A stretch of 57,036 nucleotides of DNA from Candidatus Pacearchaeota archaeon (GTDB lineage Archaea; Nanobdellota; Nanobdellia; Pacearchaeales; GW2011-AR1). The stretch is taken from contig JAGVXG010000004.1 in the NCBI GenBank assembly GCA_018303885.1, positions 1-57,036 on the forward strand, in the 5' to 3' direction. Below, in pieces: positions 8,989-16,596 of the stretch; the first letter of the stretch is position 1, and each line of letters starts with the position of its first letter. Position numbers and translations under genes: made by a program. The notes beneath the pieces were generated by a model. That model saw only the letters and a list, made by a program, of their open reading frames with translations, was not told the origin of the DNA and did no database searches.

Positions 8989-9123
8989 TGCGGGAAGAAG
9001 GATTCGAACCTTCGCAGGCACTAAGCCAGCGCGTTTCTTTTAGATGAAATCACCATTAGACTGTTGAAAACAGTCTTTCATCTAACCTTAGCGCGCTTCA
9101 TTTGACCACTCTGACATTCCCGC
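8989..9123 (-). tRNA. tRNA-Leu, anticodon AAG, with a 51-nt intron at 37/38
   Basis: Acceptor GCGGGAA/TTCCCGC, A73; D arm TCA-GAGTGGTCAAA-TGA; anticodon stem GCGCG/CGCGC with loop CT-AAG-G|A; long variable arm; T arm GAAGG-TTCGAAT-CCTTC. Aligns register-for-register with tRNA-Leu(CAA) at 18421. Confidence 0.88.
9035..9085 (-). other. tRNA intron with relaxed bulge-helix-bulge motif
   Basis: h' helix TAGATGAAA/TTTCATCTA (9 bp), two 3-nt bulges, central helix CTAA/AAAG with only two pairs, internal hairpin AGACTGTT-TTC-AACAGTCT. Confidence 0.8.
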
Positions 9124-9190
9124 ACAGAAGAACCAAGGTTCTTCCGCACCATCTCCTTAAGAGACAGCAGCATAGAACCTAAGGTTCCGC
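9124..9190. repeat. Two related REP-like palindromes upstream of tRNA-Leu
   Basis: GAAGAACC-AA-GGTTCTTC (9127-9144) and GAACCT-A-AGGTTC (9175-9187), each followed by (C)CGC. Confidence 0.6.
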
Positions 9191-9260
9191 GCCTCCAACC
9201 TTTAACTATAATAAACACAGAGACAAAGATATTTTAAAGCTTATTATTTAATAAAATAAG

Positions 9261-10109
9261 ATGATACATTCCTTTACTAAGCTGGAAGATTTAAAGAAAG
9301 CTCTTTCTTCGGCTAAAATTCAGAGAGACGTTAATTCCCTATTAAAATTAGAACTTCCATTTTTTGACTATCAGGATAAAGTTTCCATTCTTTATTTTCC
9401 TATTTACGGAGAAAACGACGGAAAATGTTTGATTGTAATCTCAAAGAAGGATATTTTTGTGTACACTCCAGCTAGTTTTGGAAATCATTGGAAAAGTTAC
9501 AAACAACTTTTAACAAAATCACATGGTGAGAGTACAATAATGACTTTTCTCATGCTTAAATTTGTCCTTAAAAATTATTCAGAACAATTCCAAAGAATAA
9601 GAGATAGAATGAACGAGTTAGAGTCTTCGCCTATTCTTGACTATGTTGAGGATTCTGGCAGAGCCCTTAGAAGATTGACAGATAAAATGGAAAGTCTTGT
9701 TGAGCTGATAATTATCTTAAAGCAAAGAGAAATAAAACAATTCGACACAAATCTTGTTAGTTTTGATTATGAAATCCTAAGTACAGAGGCAAGATACTGG
9801 CTTGAAAGATGTAGAAGCCACATATACAGGATAGCGTCTTTAAGAACTAAATCTGAAATGCAATCAAACAGAGAGCTAAACGATACTATGACAAGACTTA
9901 CAGTAATCATGACTGTTTTGACAATTGTAAGCATAGTTGTTTCTGTTCCAGGAACTATTGGAGCTGTATTTGGAATCCCTGCGTTATCAGAGGCATATTT
10001 CAGCTCACACACACCTTTTTTGGTTATAATACTCATCGCTGCCACAGCAATGTCAATTATTTTTGGATTCCTTTATTGGAAGTCCCTTGGTTTGAAGTAT
10101 AAGAGATAA
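9261..10109 (+). CDS. CorA/ZntB-superfamily-like divalent cation transporter with non-canonical signature
   Basis: Soluble helical N-domain, S-x-x-N-x-E-L-N-D-T-M-x-x-L-T stalk, two C-terminal TMs; the GMN position reads GIP. Confidence 0.65.
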   Translation: MIHSFTKLEDLKKALSSAKIQRDVNSLLKLELPFFDYQDKVSILYFPIYGENDGKCLIVISKKDIFVYTPASFGNHWKSYKQLLTKSHGESTIMTFLMLKFVLKNYSEQFQRIRDRMNELESSPILDYVEDSGRALRRLTDKMESLVELIIILKQREIKQFDTNLVSFDYEILSTEARYWLERCRSHIYRIASLRTKSEMQSNRELNDTMTRLTVIMTVLTIVSIVVSVPGTIGAVFGIPALSEAYFSSHTPFLVIILIAATAMSIIFGFLYWKSLGLKYKR

Positions 10110-10139
10110 TTTTATAAATGCATTAAATCATAGAATTTT

Positions 10140-10253
10140 GAAGACGGCCATAGTAATTAGGTCACACCTGATCCCTTTCCGAACTCAGAAGTTAAGCCAA
10201 TTACGCCGTTTGTGTTAGTGTCCGTCAAGACGCGAAGCAATGGTGCTGTCTTC
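10140..10253 (+). rRNA. rrf: 5S rRNA, unlinked from 16S/23S
   Basis: Terminal helix GAAGACGGC/GCTGTCTTC; CCTGATCCCTTTCCGAACTCAGAAGTTAAGC loop C/B signature; TATA (TTTATAAA) about 22 nt upstream. Confidence 0.92.
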
Positions 10254-10264
10254 GATTTTCTTTT

Positions 10265-10426
10265 TCATATTAAATTCTCAATGGATTTTTTAAATCGATT
10301 TAAAATTTTATTAGCCACGTATTCCCCCCGTTCTTCATAAGTCATTTCATTAAGAACTCTTTGCTCATAAAGCCCTGGTATGTAATATTCTAAAATTTGC
10401 CTTCCGGAAACAAATTTCTTTCCCAT
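10265..10426 (-). CDS. Possible 53-aa hypothetical protein
   Basis: MGKKFVSGRQILEYYIPGLYEQ...; ATG at 10426 with an upstream TTTATAG box. The longer 10570 start overlaps rnp4 and is unlikely. Confidence 0.4.
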   Translation of the reverse strand: MGKKFVSGRQILEYYIPGLYEQRVLNEMTYEERGEYVANKILNRFKKSIENLI

Positions 10427-10475
10427 ACCAAACCAAGCACCATTAACTATAAAAAATTTATTGTAGTGTATAACT

Positions 10476-10733
10476 ATGAAAAAACCCTCTAGAACAGAAT
10501 CCATAAAAAAAATTGACGATTTTTTTAAAAATCCACAAGGCAAAACCCCTAAAGATGTTAAAAAAATCAAAAGCCTGGCGATGAGTTATAATCTACCGTT
10601 AAAAGAGCGAAGAAAAGCGTTCTGCAAGAAATGCCTAAATCCATATGTGAATCCAAAAATCAGAATAAAAAACCAGCTAAAATCTATTACTTGTGAGAAA
10701 TGTGGTTTTGTGGTTAGATGGAAGATAAAATGA
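10476..10733 (+). CDS. rnp4: RNase P protein subunit Rpp21 (shortened)
   Basis: AMSYNL..K....FCKKC ... RIK ... ITCEKCG...R zinc-ribbon pattern. Confidence 0.8.
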   Translation: MKKPSRTESIKKIDDFFKNPQGKTPKDVKKIKSLAMSYNLPLKERRKAFCKKCLNPYVNPKIRIKNQLKSITCEKCGFVVRWKIK

Positions 10734-10845
10734 TGATTAGTCTGAAAAATATATTGATAATTTAAATAGTTAATATTGGAAATAACAGTTGAGCTAAGTT
10801 CAACCAAGATAAAAGAATTATTACTAATAATTTTAATAAACTATC

Positions 10846-11043
10846 TTAACTCTTCTTGAATTTGCTTACCAATTCTATATAATCTTCTTGTCCTAAGAAC
10901 ATTGCCCTGCAGCAATATCTCTCTAAGCCAAGCTCGTCGAGAATCTTTTTTGGTTTTTCGCCAGCAGAAACGCGTTTCTTGTATTCTTCCCACAAATGTC
11001 CAATTGGCTTTCCACACGAAAAACAACGCACCGGTATTATAAT
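10846..11043 (-). CDS. rpoN: RNA polymerase subunit N (Rpo10), probable ATT start
   Basis: (M)IIPVRCFSCGK ... RYCCR. Codons ATT ATA ATA CCG GTG follow an in-frame TAG with no ATG in between. Confidence 0.95.
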   Translation of the reverse strand: MIIPVRCFSCGKPIGHLWEEYKKRVSAGEKPKKILDELGLERYCCRAMFLGQEDYIELVSKFKKS

Positions 11044-11203
11044 TTTAGATTCCTAAAGATTTTGATTCTTTGCTATTTACTTACACAGTATAATCTTCAT
11101 TCTTGGTTTTTAAAGCTTTTTACAGGATAGATTTAAATACCTTTTACTATTGTGAAAAAAGAGGTGACGAGGAAACTCAGATCCTTGATATTTCTGAGAC
11201 AAA

Positions 11204-11938
11204 ATGACACAAGAAATAATAAAACTAAACGATGTGCATAGAGATTACAAAATGGGGGACGACATAGTCAAAGCCTTAGATGGCATAGACGTCTCCATAG
11301 AAAAGAATGATTTTGTGGCAATCATGGGTCCAAGCGGTTCTGGAAAATCAACGATGATGAATATGGTTGGAGCCTTAGACCTGGCAACAAAAGGGGACAT
11401 TTTGCTTGATGGAGAAAATATAGAACTTTTTGATGAATCACATCTAGCTGAAATCAGAGGCAGAAAAATAGGATTTATTTTCCAGCAATTCAATCTTATT
11501 CCTACCTTGACCGCGAAGGAAAATGTAATGCTCCCCATGCTTTTTCAGGGCTATGATCTAGAAGAACGTGAAACGACAGCTGAAAAACTTTTGGAGATGG
11601 TTGGTCTTTCAGATAGACTAGAACATTATCCCAATCAACTTTCAGGAGGGCAACAGCAAAGAGTTTCAATTGCTAGATCACTTGCAAACAATCCTGAAGT
11701 GATTCTTGCAGACGAGCCAACAGGAAATCTTGACAGCAAAACAGAAAAGAAAATAATGGAATTTCTTACAGATTTGAATAAAAAAGGGAAAACAGTAATA
11801 ATAGTTACCCACGCTCCAGAGATTGCGGAAAAATATGCAAAAAAAATCTATTGGTTACGCGATGGCCGTGTAGAACGCGTCACAAAAAAATTCGGAAGTC
11901 GCTGGAAAACAGTAAATAAAAAGAACAAATTAAAATGA
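11204..11938 (+). CDS. ABC transporter ATP-binding protein (LolD/MacB type)
   Basis: GPSGSGKS, LSGGQQQRV, ILADEPTGNLD, VTH. Confidence 0.95.
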   Translation: MTQEIIKLNDVHRDYKMGDDIVKALDGIDVSIEKNDFVAIMGPSGSGKSTMMNMVGALDLATKGDILLDGENIELFDESHLAEIRGRKIGFIFQQFNLIPTLTAKENVMLPMLFQGYDLEERETTAEKLLEMVGLSDRLEHYPNQLSGGQQQRVSIARSLANNPEVILADEPTGNLDSKTEKKIMEFLTDLNKKGKTVIIVTHAPEIAEKYAKKIYWLRDGRVERVTKKFGSRWKTVNKKNKLK

Positions 11939-12852
11939 AAATAGTGAACAACAATCTTTATAAGGAGAGTACATCAACGAAACTTATGGGCCCAAAAGCA
12001 ATAACACGAGTATCCACATACCTAGCTTTAGCAATTTTTTTAACAAACTTAATTTCTGCAATTATTGTCGATGCAGATTATGTTACATTATATCCTGGAG
12101 AAGAAAAGACAGTTACGTTGAATGTCGAAAATAACGAGAATTTTGACATAGAAGATATTAGCATATCCCTTGATTTAAGCCAGGTTCCATTTACCACTGT
12201 TGGCAGCTCTACAAAAGATATTGACGACCTGGATGAAGGAGATGACGATTCTGTAAAGTTTACTCTCAGGGCTTCAACAGACATTACTCCAGGAGATTAT
12301 GATATACCATACACGGTAAAATATACAAATGCAGGTAATAATTCTCAGAACACCACTGAACAAGGAAGCTTTGGAATAAGAGTCAGCGCAAAAACAGACC
12401 TTGATTTTTCTGCAGAAACCAGAGACGCGGCAATTCTTGGAAGAGCAGGACAGGTTTCTTTAGAGATAGTTAACCGCGGCCTCGGAGAGGTAAAATCAGT
12501 TTCTGTAGAGATATCCCCTGCAGGATTTGAGCTACTTTCTTCAAATAAGATTTTTATTGGGACAATTGACTCAGACGATTCAGACACCGCGGTTTTTGAC
12601 GTTATTTACAAAAATCAAAACCCAACATTATCTGCAAGAGTGACTTACAAAGATTTTGACAACATAGATCAAGTCGAAACAATAGATATACCCTTCAAGG
12701 CATATACAGAAGAACAGGCTTTACAATTAGGTCTGATAAAGAAAAGCAATACTTTATATTACATTCTGGGAATTTTGATTCTTCTTATCATTTGGTATGT
12801 CTGGAAAAAAATTAAGAAGAAAAGAAAGAAAGAAGAAGCAAATAGGGGGTAA
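11935..12852 (+). CDS. COG1361-type S-layer-domain accessory protein with C-terminal TM
   Basis: PGDYDIPYTVKY and L-E-I-V-N-R-G Ig-like repeats; typical position between the archaeal ABC ATPase and permease. Confidence 0.75.
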   Translation: MKIVNNNLYKESTSTKLMGPKAITRVSTYLALAIFLTNLISAIIVDADYVTLYPGEEKTVTLNVENNENFDIEDISISLDLSQVPFTTVGSSTKDIDDLDEGDDDSVKFTLRASTDITPGDYDIPYTVKYTNAGNNSQNTTEQGSFGIRVSAKTDLDFSAETRDAAILGRAGQVSLEIVNRGLGEVKSVSVEISPAGFELLSSNKIFIGTIDSDDSDTAVFDVIYKNQNPTLSARVTYKDFDNIDQVETIDIPFKAYTEEQALQLGLIKKSNTLYYILGILILLIIWYVWKKIKKKRKKEEANRG

Positions 12853-12860
12853 TCACCTCT

Positions 12861-14060
12861 ATGTTAAAAGATTATTTCTTAATGGCGATAGGCAACATTC
12901 GTCATAGAAAATTAAGAACATGGTTAACTGTAATAGGAATAATTATCGGAGTTGCTGCTATAATTTCATTAGTCACGGTTTCAAGAAGTTTAGAAAGCAC
13001 TCTAGAATCACAATTTGAACAATTTGGAGCCAATAGAATAATCATAAGCTCAAAGGGATTTCAGGGCCCAGGAACAAGTTCAGAAGGCTTAACCACTCAA
13101 GATCTTAAAACTATAGAGCAGATTTCTGGCTTTAAGTACATTGTTCCAGGTTTATTTATTTCTACAGAAGTTCGCCATAAGGATGAAGTTGGATTTACTT
13201 TAATTAATGGGGTTCCTGCCGAAAATTTTGAAGAATTCTTTTTAGATTCTGGCGCCGAGCTGCAGGAAGGCAGATTTATCAGAAATGGCGATAGGTTCGA
13301 GGCTGTTGTTGGATCAAAGGTAATAGAAAGCATGTTTGATAATCCATTAAAACTCGGCAGCAAAATTGAAATAGAGGGCAAGGAATTCAAAATTATAGGA
13401 GTCTTAAAAGAAATAGGAAATTCTCAAGATGATAACCAGATTAACATTCCTTTAGACACTGCCCGTGAAATTTTTAATAAGCCAAATGATGTCGACGCCA
13501 TAATCGCCCAGGTTAAATCGCCTGATGATATCCCTTTACTACAAGAAAAAATAGAGCGTGAATTAGAACGTAAAAGAGGCGATACAAACTTCCAAGTTGT
13601 TACTGCAACGCAAATTCTTGAGCAGATTGGTGAGATTCTGGGAATTATACAATTTGTTTTAGTCGGGATTGCAGCTATTTCATTGATAGTTGGGGGAATT
13701 GGAATAATGAACTCAATGTATACAAGCGCTTTGGAGCGGACAAAAGAAATAGGAATCATGAAAGCGATTGGCGCAAAAAATTCAGATATTTTTGAAATAT
13801 TTTTAATAGAATCTGGTCTGATTGGCTTAGTAGGGGGATTATTTGGAACTATATTGGGAAGCGTAATTGCTTTGACGATAGGAGAATTTTCAAAAAATGC
13901 AGGGTTTTTATTGAATATAAAAATTGAGATTTTAGTTTTGGTTTTTGGATTAGCGTTTGCTTTTGTCATAGGAATTTTTTCAGGAATACTCCCTGCTGTT
14001 CAAGCAGCGAAACTAAAACCAGTCGAGTCATACAAATCTTTAAAAAGTTTAAAATTTTAA
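12861..14060 (+). CDS. ABC permease, MacB/FtsX family
   Basis: RKLRTWLTVIGIIIGV, GGIGIMNSMYTSALERTKEIGIMKAIGA, GILPA. Confidence 0.95.
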   Translation: MLKDYFLMAIGNIRHRKLRTWLTVIGIIIGVAAIISLVTVSRSLESTLESQFEQFGANRIIISSKGFQGPGTSSEGLTTQDLKTIEQISGFKYIVPGLFISTEVRHKDEVGFTLINGVPAENFEEFFLDSGAELQEGRFIRNGDRFEAVVGSKVIESMFDNPLKLGSKIEIEGKEFKIIGVLKEIGNSQDDNQINIPLDTAREIFNKPNDVDAIIAQVKSPDDIPLLQEKIERELERKRGDTNFQVVTATQILEQIGEILGIIQFVLVGIAAISLIVGGIGIMNSMYTSALERTKEIGIMKAIGAKNSDIFEIFLIESGLIGLVGGLFGTILGSVIALTIGEFSKNAGFLLNIKIEILVLVFGLAFAFVIGIFSGILPAVQAAKLKPVESYKSLKSLKF

Positions 14061-14085
14061 TTGTGTAATAAAAGAGGAAAAGTCA

Positions 14086-14283
14086 ATGCAAAAGAAGTGT
14101 ATTTATTGTAAGACAGAGATTCCTGGTGAAAGCGTTATTGATTTCTGCGCTCGTTGTGGAAGGGGCGTATGGGGGGAAAAGATGTTCAATACTATACTAA
14201 AGAACATGGAAGAAGCCAGGGAAAAGGGAGATTTGGTTTCCACAAACCTCTCAGCAGATTCAAAAAACCTTCCAAAATATTAA
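14086..14283 (+). CDS. Small zinc-finger protein (CxxC...CxxC)
   Basis: CIYC ... CARC, 65 aa. Confidence 0.65.
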   Translation: MQKKCIYCKTEIPGESVIDFCARCGRGVWGEKMFNTILKNMEEAREKGDLVSTNLSADSKNLPKY

Positions 14284-14332
14284 GATTTCTAGCCTAAAGA
14301 TAGGTTTTTAAATAGAATAAATTGAGGATTAT

Positions 14333-14605
14333 ATGGCTAGAAGGAAAAAAATAAAAACGCAAGGTAAGCTGCAGCTAAGCAGATATTTCCAGGAATTTGC
14401 ACCCGGAGACTCTGTTTCGGTTGTTAAAGAGCAGGCTGTTCAGTCTAGTTTTCCCTTAAGAATTCAAGGACGCACAGGAACTGTGGAATCAAGAAGAGGG
14501 AAGGCATATATGATCAAAATAGAAGACGGAAGCAAAGAGAAAAAGTTTTTAATTGAGCCAGTTCACCTTAAAAAAATAAGAATCATAAAATCAAGCGCAG
14601 TATAA
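14333..14605 (+). CDS. rpl21e: 50S ribosomal protein L21e (eL21)
   Basis: F.PGDSVSV ... R.QGRTG.V ... G.AY ... PVHLK. Confidence 0.95.
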   Translation: MARRKKIKTQGKLQLSRYFQEFAPGDSVSVVKEQAVQSSFPLRIQGRTGTVESRRGKAYMIKIEDGSKEKKFLIEPVHLKKIRIIKSSAV

Positions 14606-14616
14606 AACATAACACA

Positions 14617-14922
14617 ATGATAAAAAATACAATCCCGTTAAGCATGGCAGAAGCCACAGAGTACATAGGAGAAACTAAAGACAGCGAAGTAGAAGTGAAG
14701 AAATTCATAAAAAGATTTGTAAAATTAGATCATAAAGAAGCAAAAGAGATGAAAGCCAAGCTTGAAAGTTTGGGGCTGGCAAAATTAAGACCTGAATATA
14801 TTACGAAGATTATTGATTTTCTGCCGGAAGAAACAGAAAGCTTAAACAAAATATTCACTGATGTTAGCTTGGATGAAGATGAATCAAAAAAAATACTTGA
14901 CGTTGTTAGCCAATTCAAATAA
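14617..14922 (+). CDS. rpoF: RNA polymerase subunit F (Rpo4)
   Basis: PLSMAEA ... KIIDFLP ... KILD; conserved rpl21e-rpoF-DUF655 order. Confidence 0.85.
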   Translation: MIKNTIPLSMAEATEYIGETKDSEVEVKKFIKRFVKLDHKEAKEMKAKLESLGLAKLRPEYITKIIDFLPEETESLNKIFTDVSLDEDESKKILDVVSQFK

Positions 14923-14927
14923 GGAAA

Positions 14928-15464
14928 ATGGAAAAAGAAGAACACGCAATAATCTTAGACTATCTGCCGAATGGCTACCCTCTAGAAAGAAAAATGATGC
15001 CTTTGGCACAAGCAATAGGCGAGGTAAATTTGACTTTGCTTGAGCTTGTCCCTAGAAGAGGGATTTCTTTGGAAATCGGGGAAAAAGTATACATTGGTGA
15101 CGGCAAACGTGATAAGATATATTACATTTTAGGAAGATTGCCCCGCGAAAAATTAACAGAATCAGCCAAGAATACCCTGCAAGAATTCATAAAAAAAGTA
15201 ATAAGCGAACGAGAAAGCAGGTTCGTAGAATTTTTCAATAAATCAGAGGCAATAAACAAAAGGATACATCAAATAGAACTTCTTCCAGGTTTGGGAAAGA
15301 AGCATATGCAAGAGATACTAAAACAAAGAAAAGAAAAGCCTTTTGAAAGTTTTGCGGACATGAAGAAAAGAATCCAGAACTTACCAGACCCGGAAAAAGC
15401 AGTCGAGAAAAGAATAATCAAGGAACTAACCTCTCTTGAGAGACACAATCTTTTTGTGCACTAA
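14928..15464 (+). CDS. DUF655 putative RNA-binding protein
   Basis: AIILDYLPNG, QAIGE..LTLLEL, RIHQIELLPGLGKK, PFESFAD. Confidence 0.92.
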   Translation: MEKEEHAIILDYLPNGYPLERKMMPLAQAIGEVNLTLLELVPRRGISLEIGEKVYIGDGKRDKIYYILGRLPREKLTESAKNTLQEFIKKVISERESRFVEFFNKSEAINKRIHQIELLPGLGKKHMQEILKQRKEKPFESFADMKKRIQNLPDPEKAVEKRIIKELTSLERHNLFVH

Positions 15465-15493
15465 AAATAAACAAAAAAACTAAAAACCATAAA

Positions 15494-16060
15494 ATGGAAA
15501 AACAAAAGTCTGGAATTGTAAAGCAACAAGAAAAAAAATCGACTAGCATAGCAAATGTACCCATGAAGACACAGGAAGAAAAAAGATATGAAGAAAAAAT
15601 GGTTAGGCTTATGTCTGAAGACATAGAAGGAAGCATGAAAGTCTACCCCGCATTAACTAAAATAACCGGAGTTTCATGGGGGATAGCTAACGCAACCTGC
15701 AGCGCACTAAAACTCGATAAAAATAGGAAAGTTGGCTCTTTGACTGCGGAAGAAATAAAACAAATAACAGAATTCATAAAGAAACCAACGGTGCCAGCGT
15801 TTCTTTTTAATAGAAACCGAAATCTAGAAACAGGAGAAAATATTCATTTGTCTGGAACTGGTTTGGAACTACAAACAGAGTTTGATATTAAAAGACTGAA
15901 AAAAATAAAAAGTTACCGTGGAGTTCGCCATGCTGCAGGCCAGCCTGTTCGTGGCCAGCGAACAAAAGCTCATTTCAGAAAAAATAAAACAAAAGGAATG
16001 GGTGTCAAAAAGCGAGGAAAAACAGAAGAAAAAGGTGAAAGGAAGGAATATGTAAAATGA
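15494..16060 (+). CDS. rps13: 30S ribosomal protein S13 (uS13)
   Basis: ALTKITGVSWG, DIKRLKKIKSYRGVRH, PVRGQRTK. Confidence 0.97.
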   Translation: MEKQKSGIVKQQEKKSTSIANVPMKTQEEKRYEEKMVRLMSEDIEGSMKVYPALTKITGVSWGIANATCSALKLDKNRKVGSLTAEEIKQITEFIKKPTVPAFLFNRNRNLETGENIHLSGTGLELQTEFDIKRLKKIKSYRGVRHAAGQPVRGQRTKAHFRKNKTKGMGVKKRGKTEEKGERKEYVK

Positions 16061-16104
16061 AAAGTAAAATAAATTTTCCATTTCGCCTTAAAAAATTAAA
16101 ATGA
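16056..16104 (+). repeat. 44-bp-period variant of the ATGA-flanked mini-ORF unit (MKSKINFPFRLKKLK*)
   Basis: ATG 16057 overlaps the rps13 TGA; TGA 16102-16104 overlaps the rps4 ATG; shares AATGAAA, ATTTTC, TTCGCC and AAATGA with the 24052/43704 copies. Confidence 0.6.
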
Positions 16105-16595
16105 AAAGAAAACATAAACAATATTCAAGACCGAAAAGACCTTTTGATAAAATAAGATTTGAAGAAGAAGCAAAAATAAAAGAAGAATTCGGCTTGAAAA
16201 ATAAAAGAGAAATTTGGAGAGCAGATGCGAGAGTAAAATCTATAAGGGAAAAAGCAAAAAAATTGATTTCTGCGAAGCCAGAAGAACAGCAGGCTTTATT
16301 TAACAGATTAAAAGAAATAGGCCTCGAGGTTAATTCAATTCCAGACGTCCTTTCGCTAGACAAAAGAGACTATCTTCAAAGAAGACTTCAGACGGTCTTG
16401 GTGAAGAAAAGGCTTGCACGAACACCCAAAGCGGCCAGACAGCTTATTGTCCACAGGAAAATTTTAATAGGCAAAAATGCAGTTGACAGCCCCTCATACA
16501 TAGTTCCTATTGAAATGGAAGATAAAATATCCCTCAAAATAAAAAATAAAGTAGAAAATAAGCCGAAAACCGAGCTGGAAATAGAAAAAAATTAA
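16101..16595 (+). CDS. rps4: 30S ribosomal protein S4 (uS4)
   Basis: EFGLKNKREIW, RRLQTVLV, ARQLIVH. Confidence 0.97.
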   Translation: MKRKHKQYSRPKRPFDKIRFEEEAKIKEEFGLKNKREIWRADARVKSIREKAKKLISAKPEEQQALFNRLKEIGLEVNSIPDVLSLDKRDYLQRRLQTVLVKKRLARTPKAARQLIVHRKILIGKNAVDSPSYIVPIEMEDKISLKIKNKVENKPKTELEIEKN

Positions 16596-16596
16596 A

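Noticed and set aside
8859-9047. 62-aa ORF on the plus strand
   Set aside because: Antisense to tRNA-Leu and its duplicated end; no protein features.
11161-11207. CTCAG/CTGAG hairpin with GAGACAAAATGA resembling the mini-ORF unit
   Set aside because: No in-frame start for the overlapping TGA and similarity limited to about 9 nt.
12845-12863. Anti-SD-like ATCACCTC just before the permease ATG, able to pair with GGGGGT
   Set aside because: Single occurrence with a weak 6-bp stem; could be chance.
14020-14060. ABC permease ends PVESYKSLKSLKF instead of the usual PVEALRYE
   Set aside because: May be a small deletion reading into the next promoter, but it affects only the last residues; not enough to call a pseudogene.
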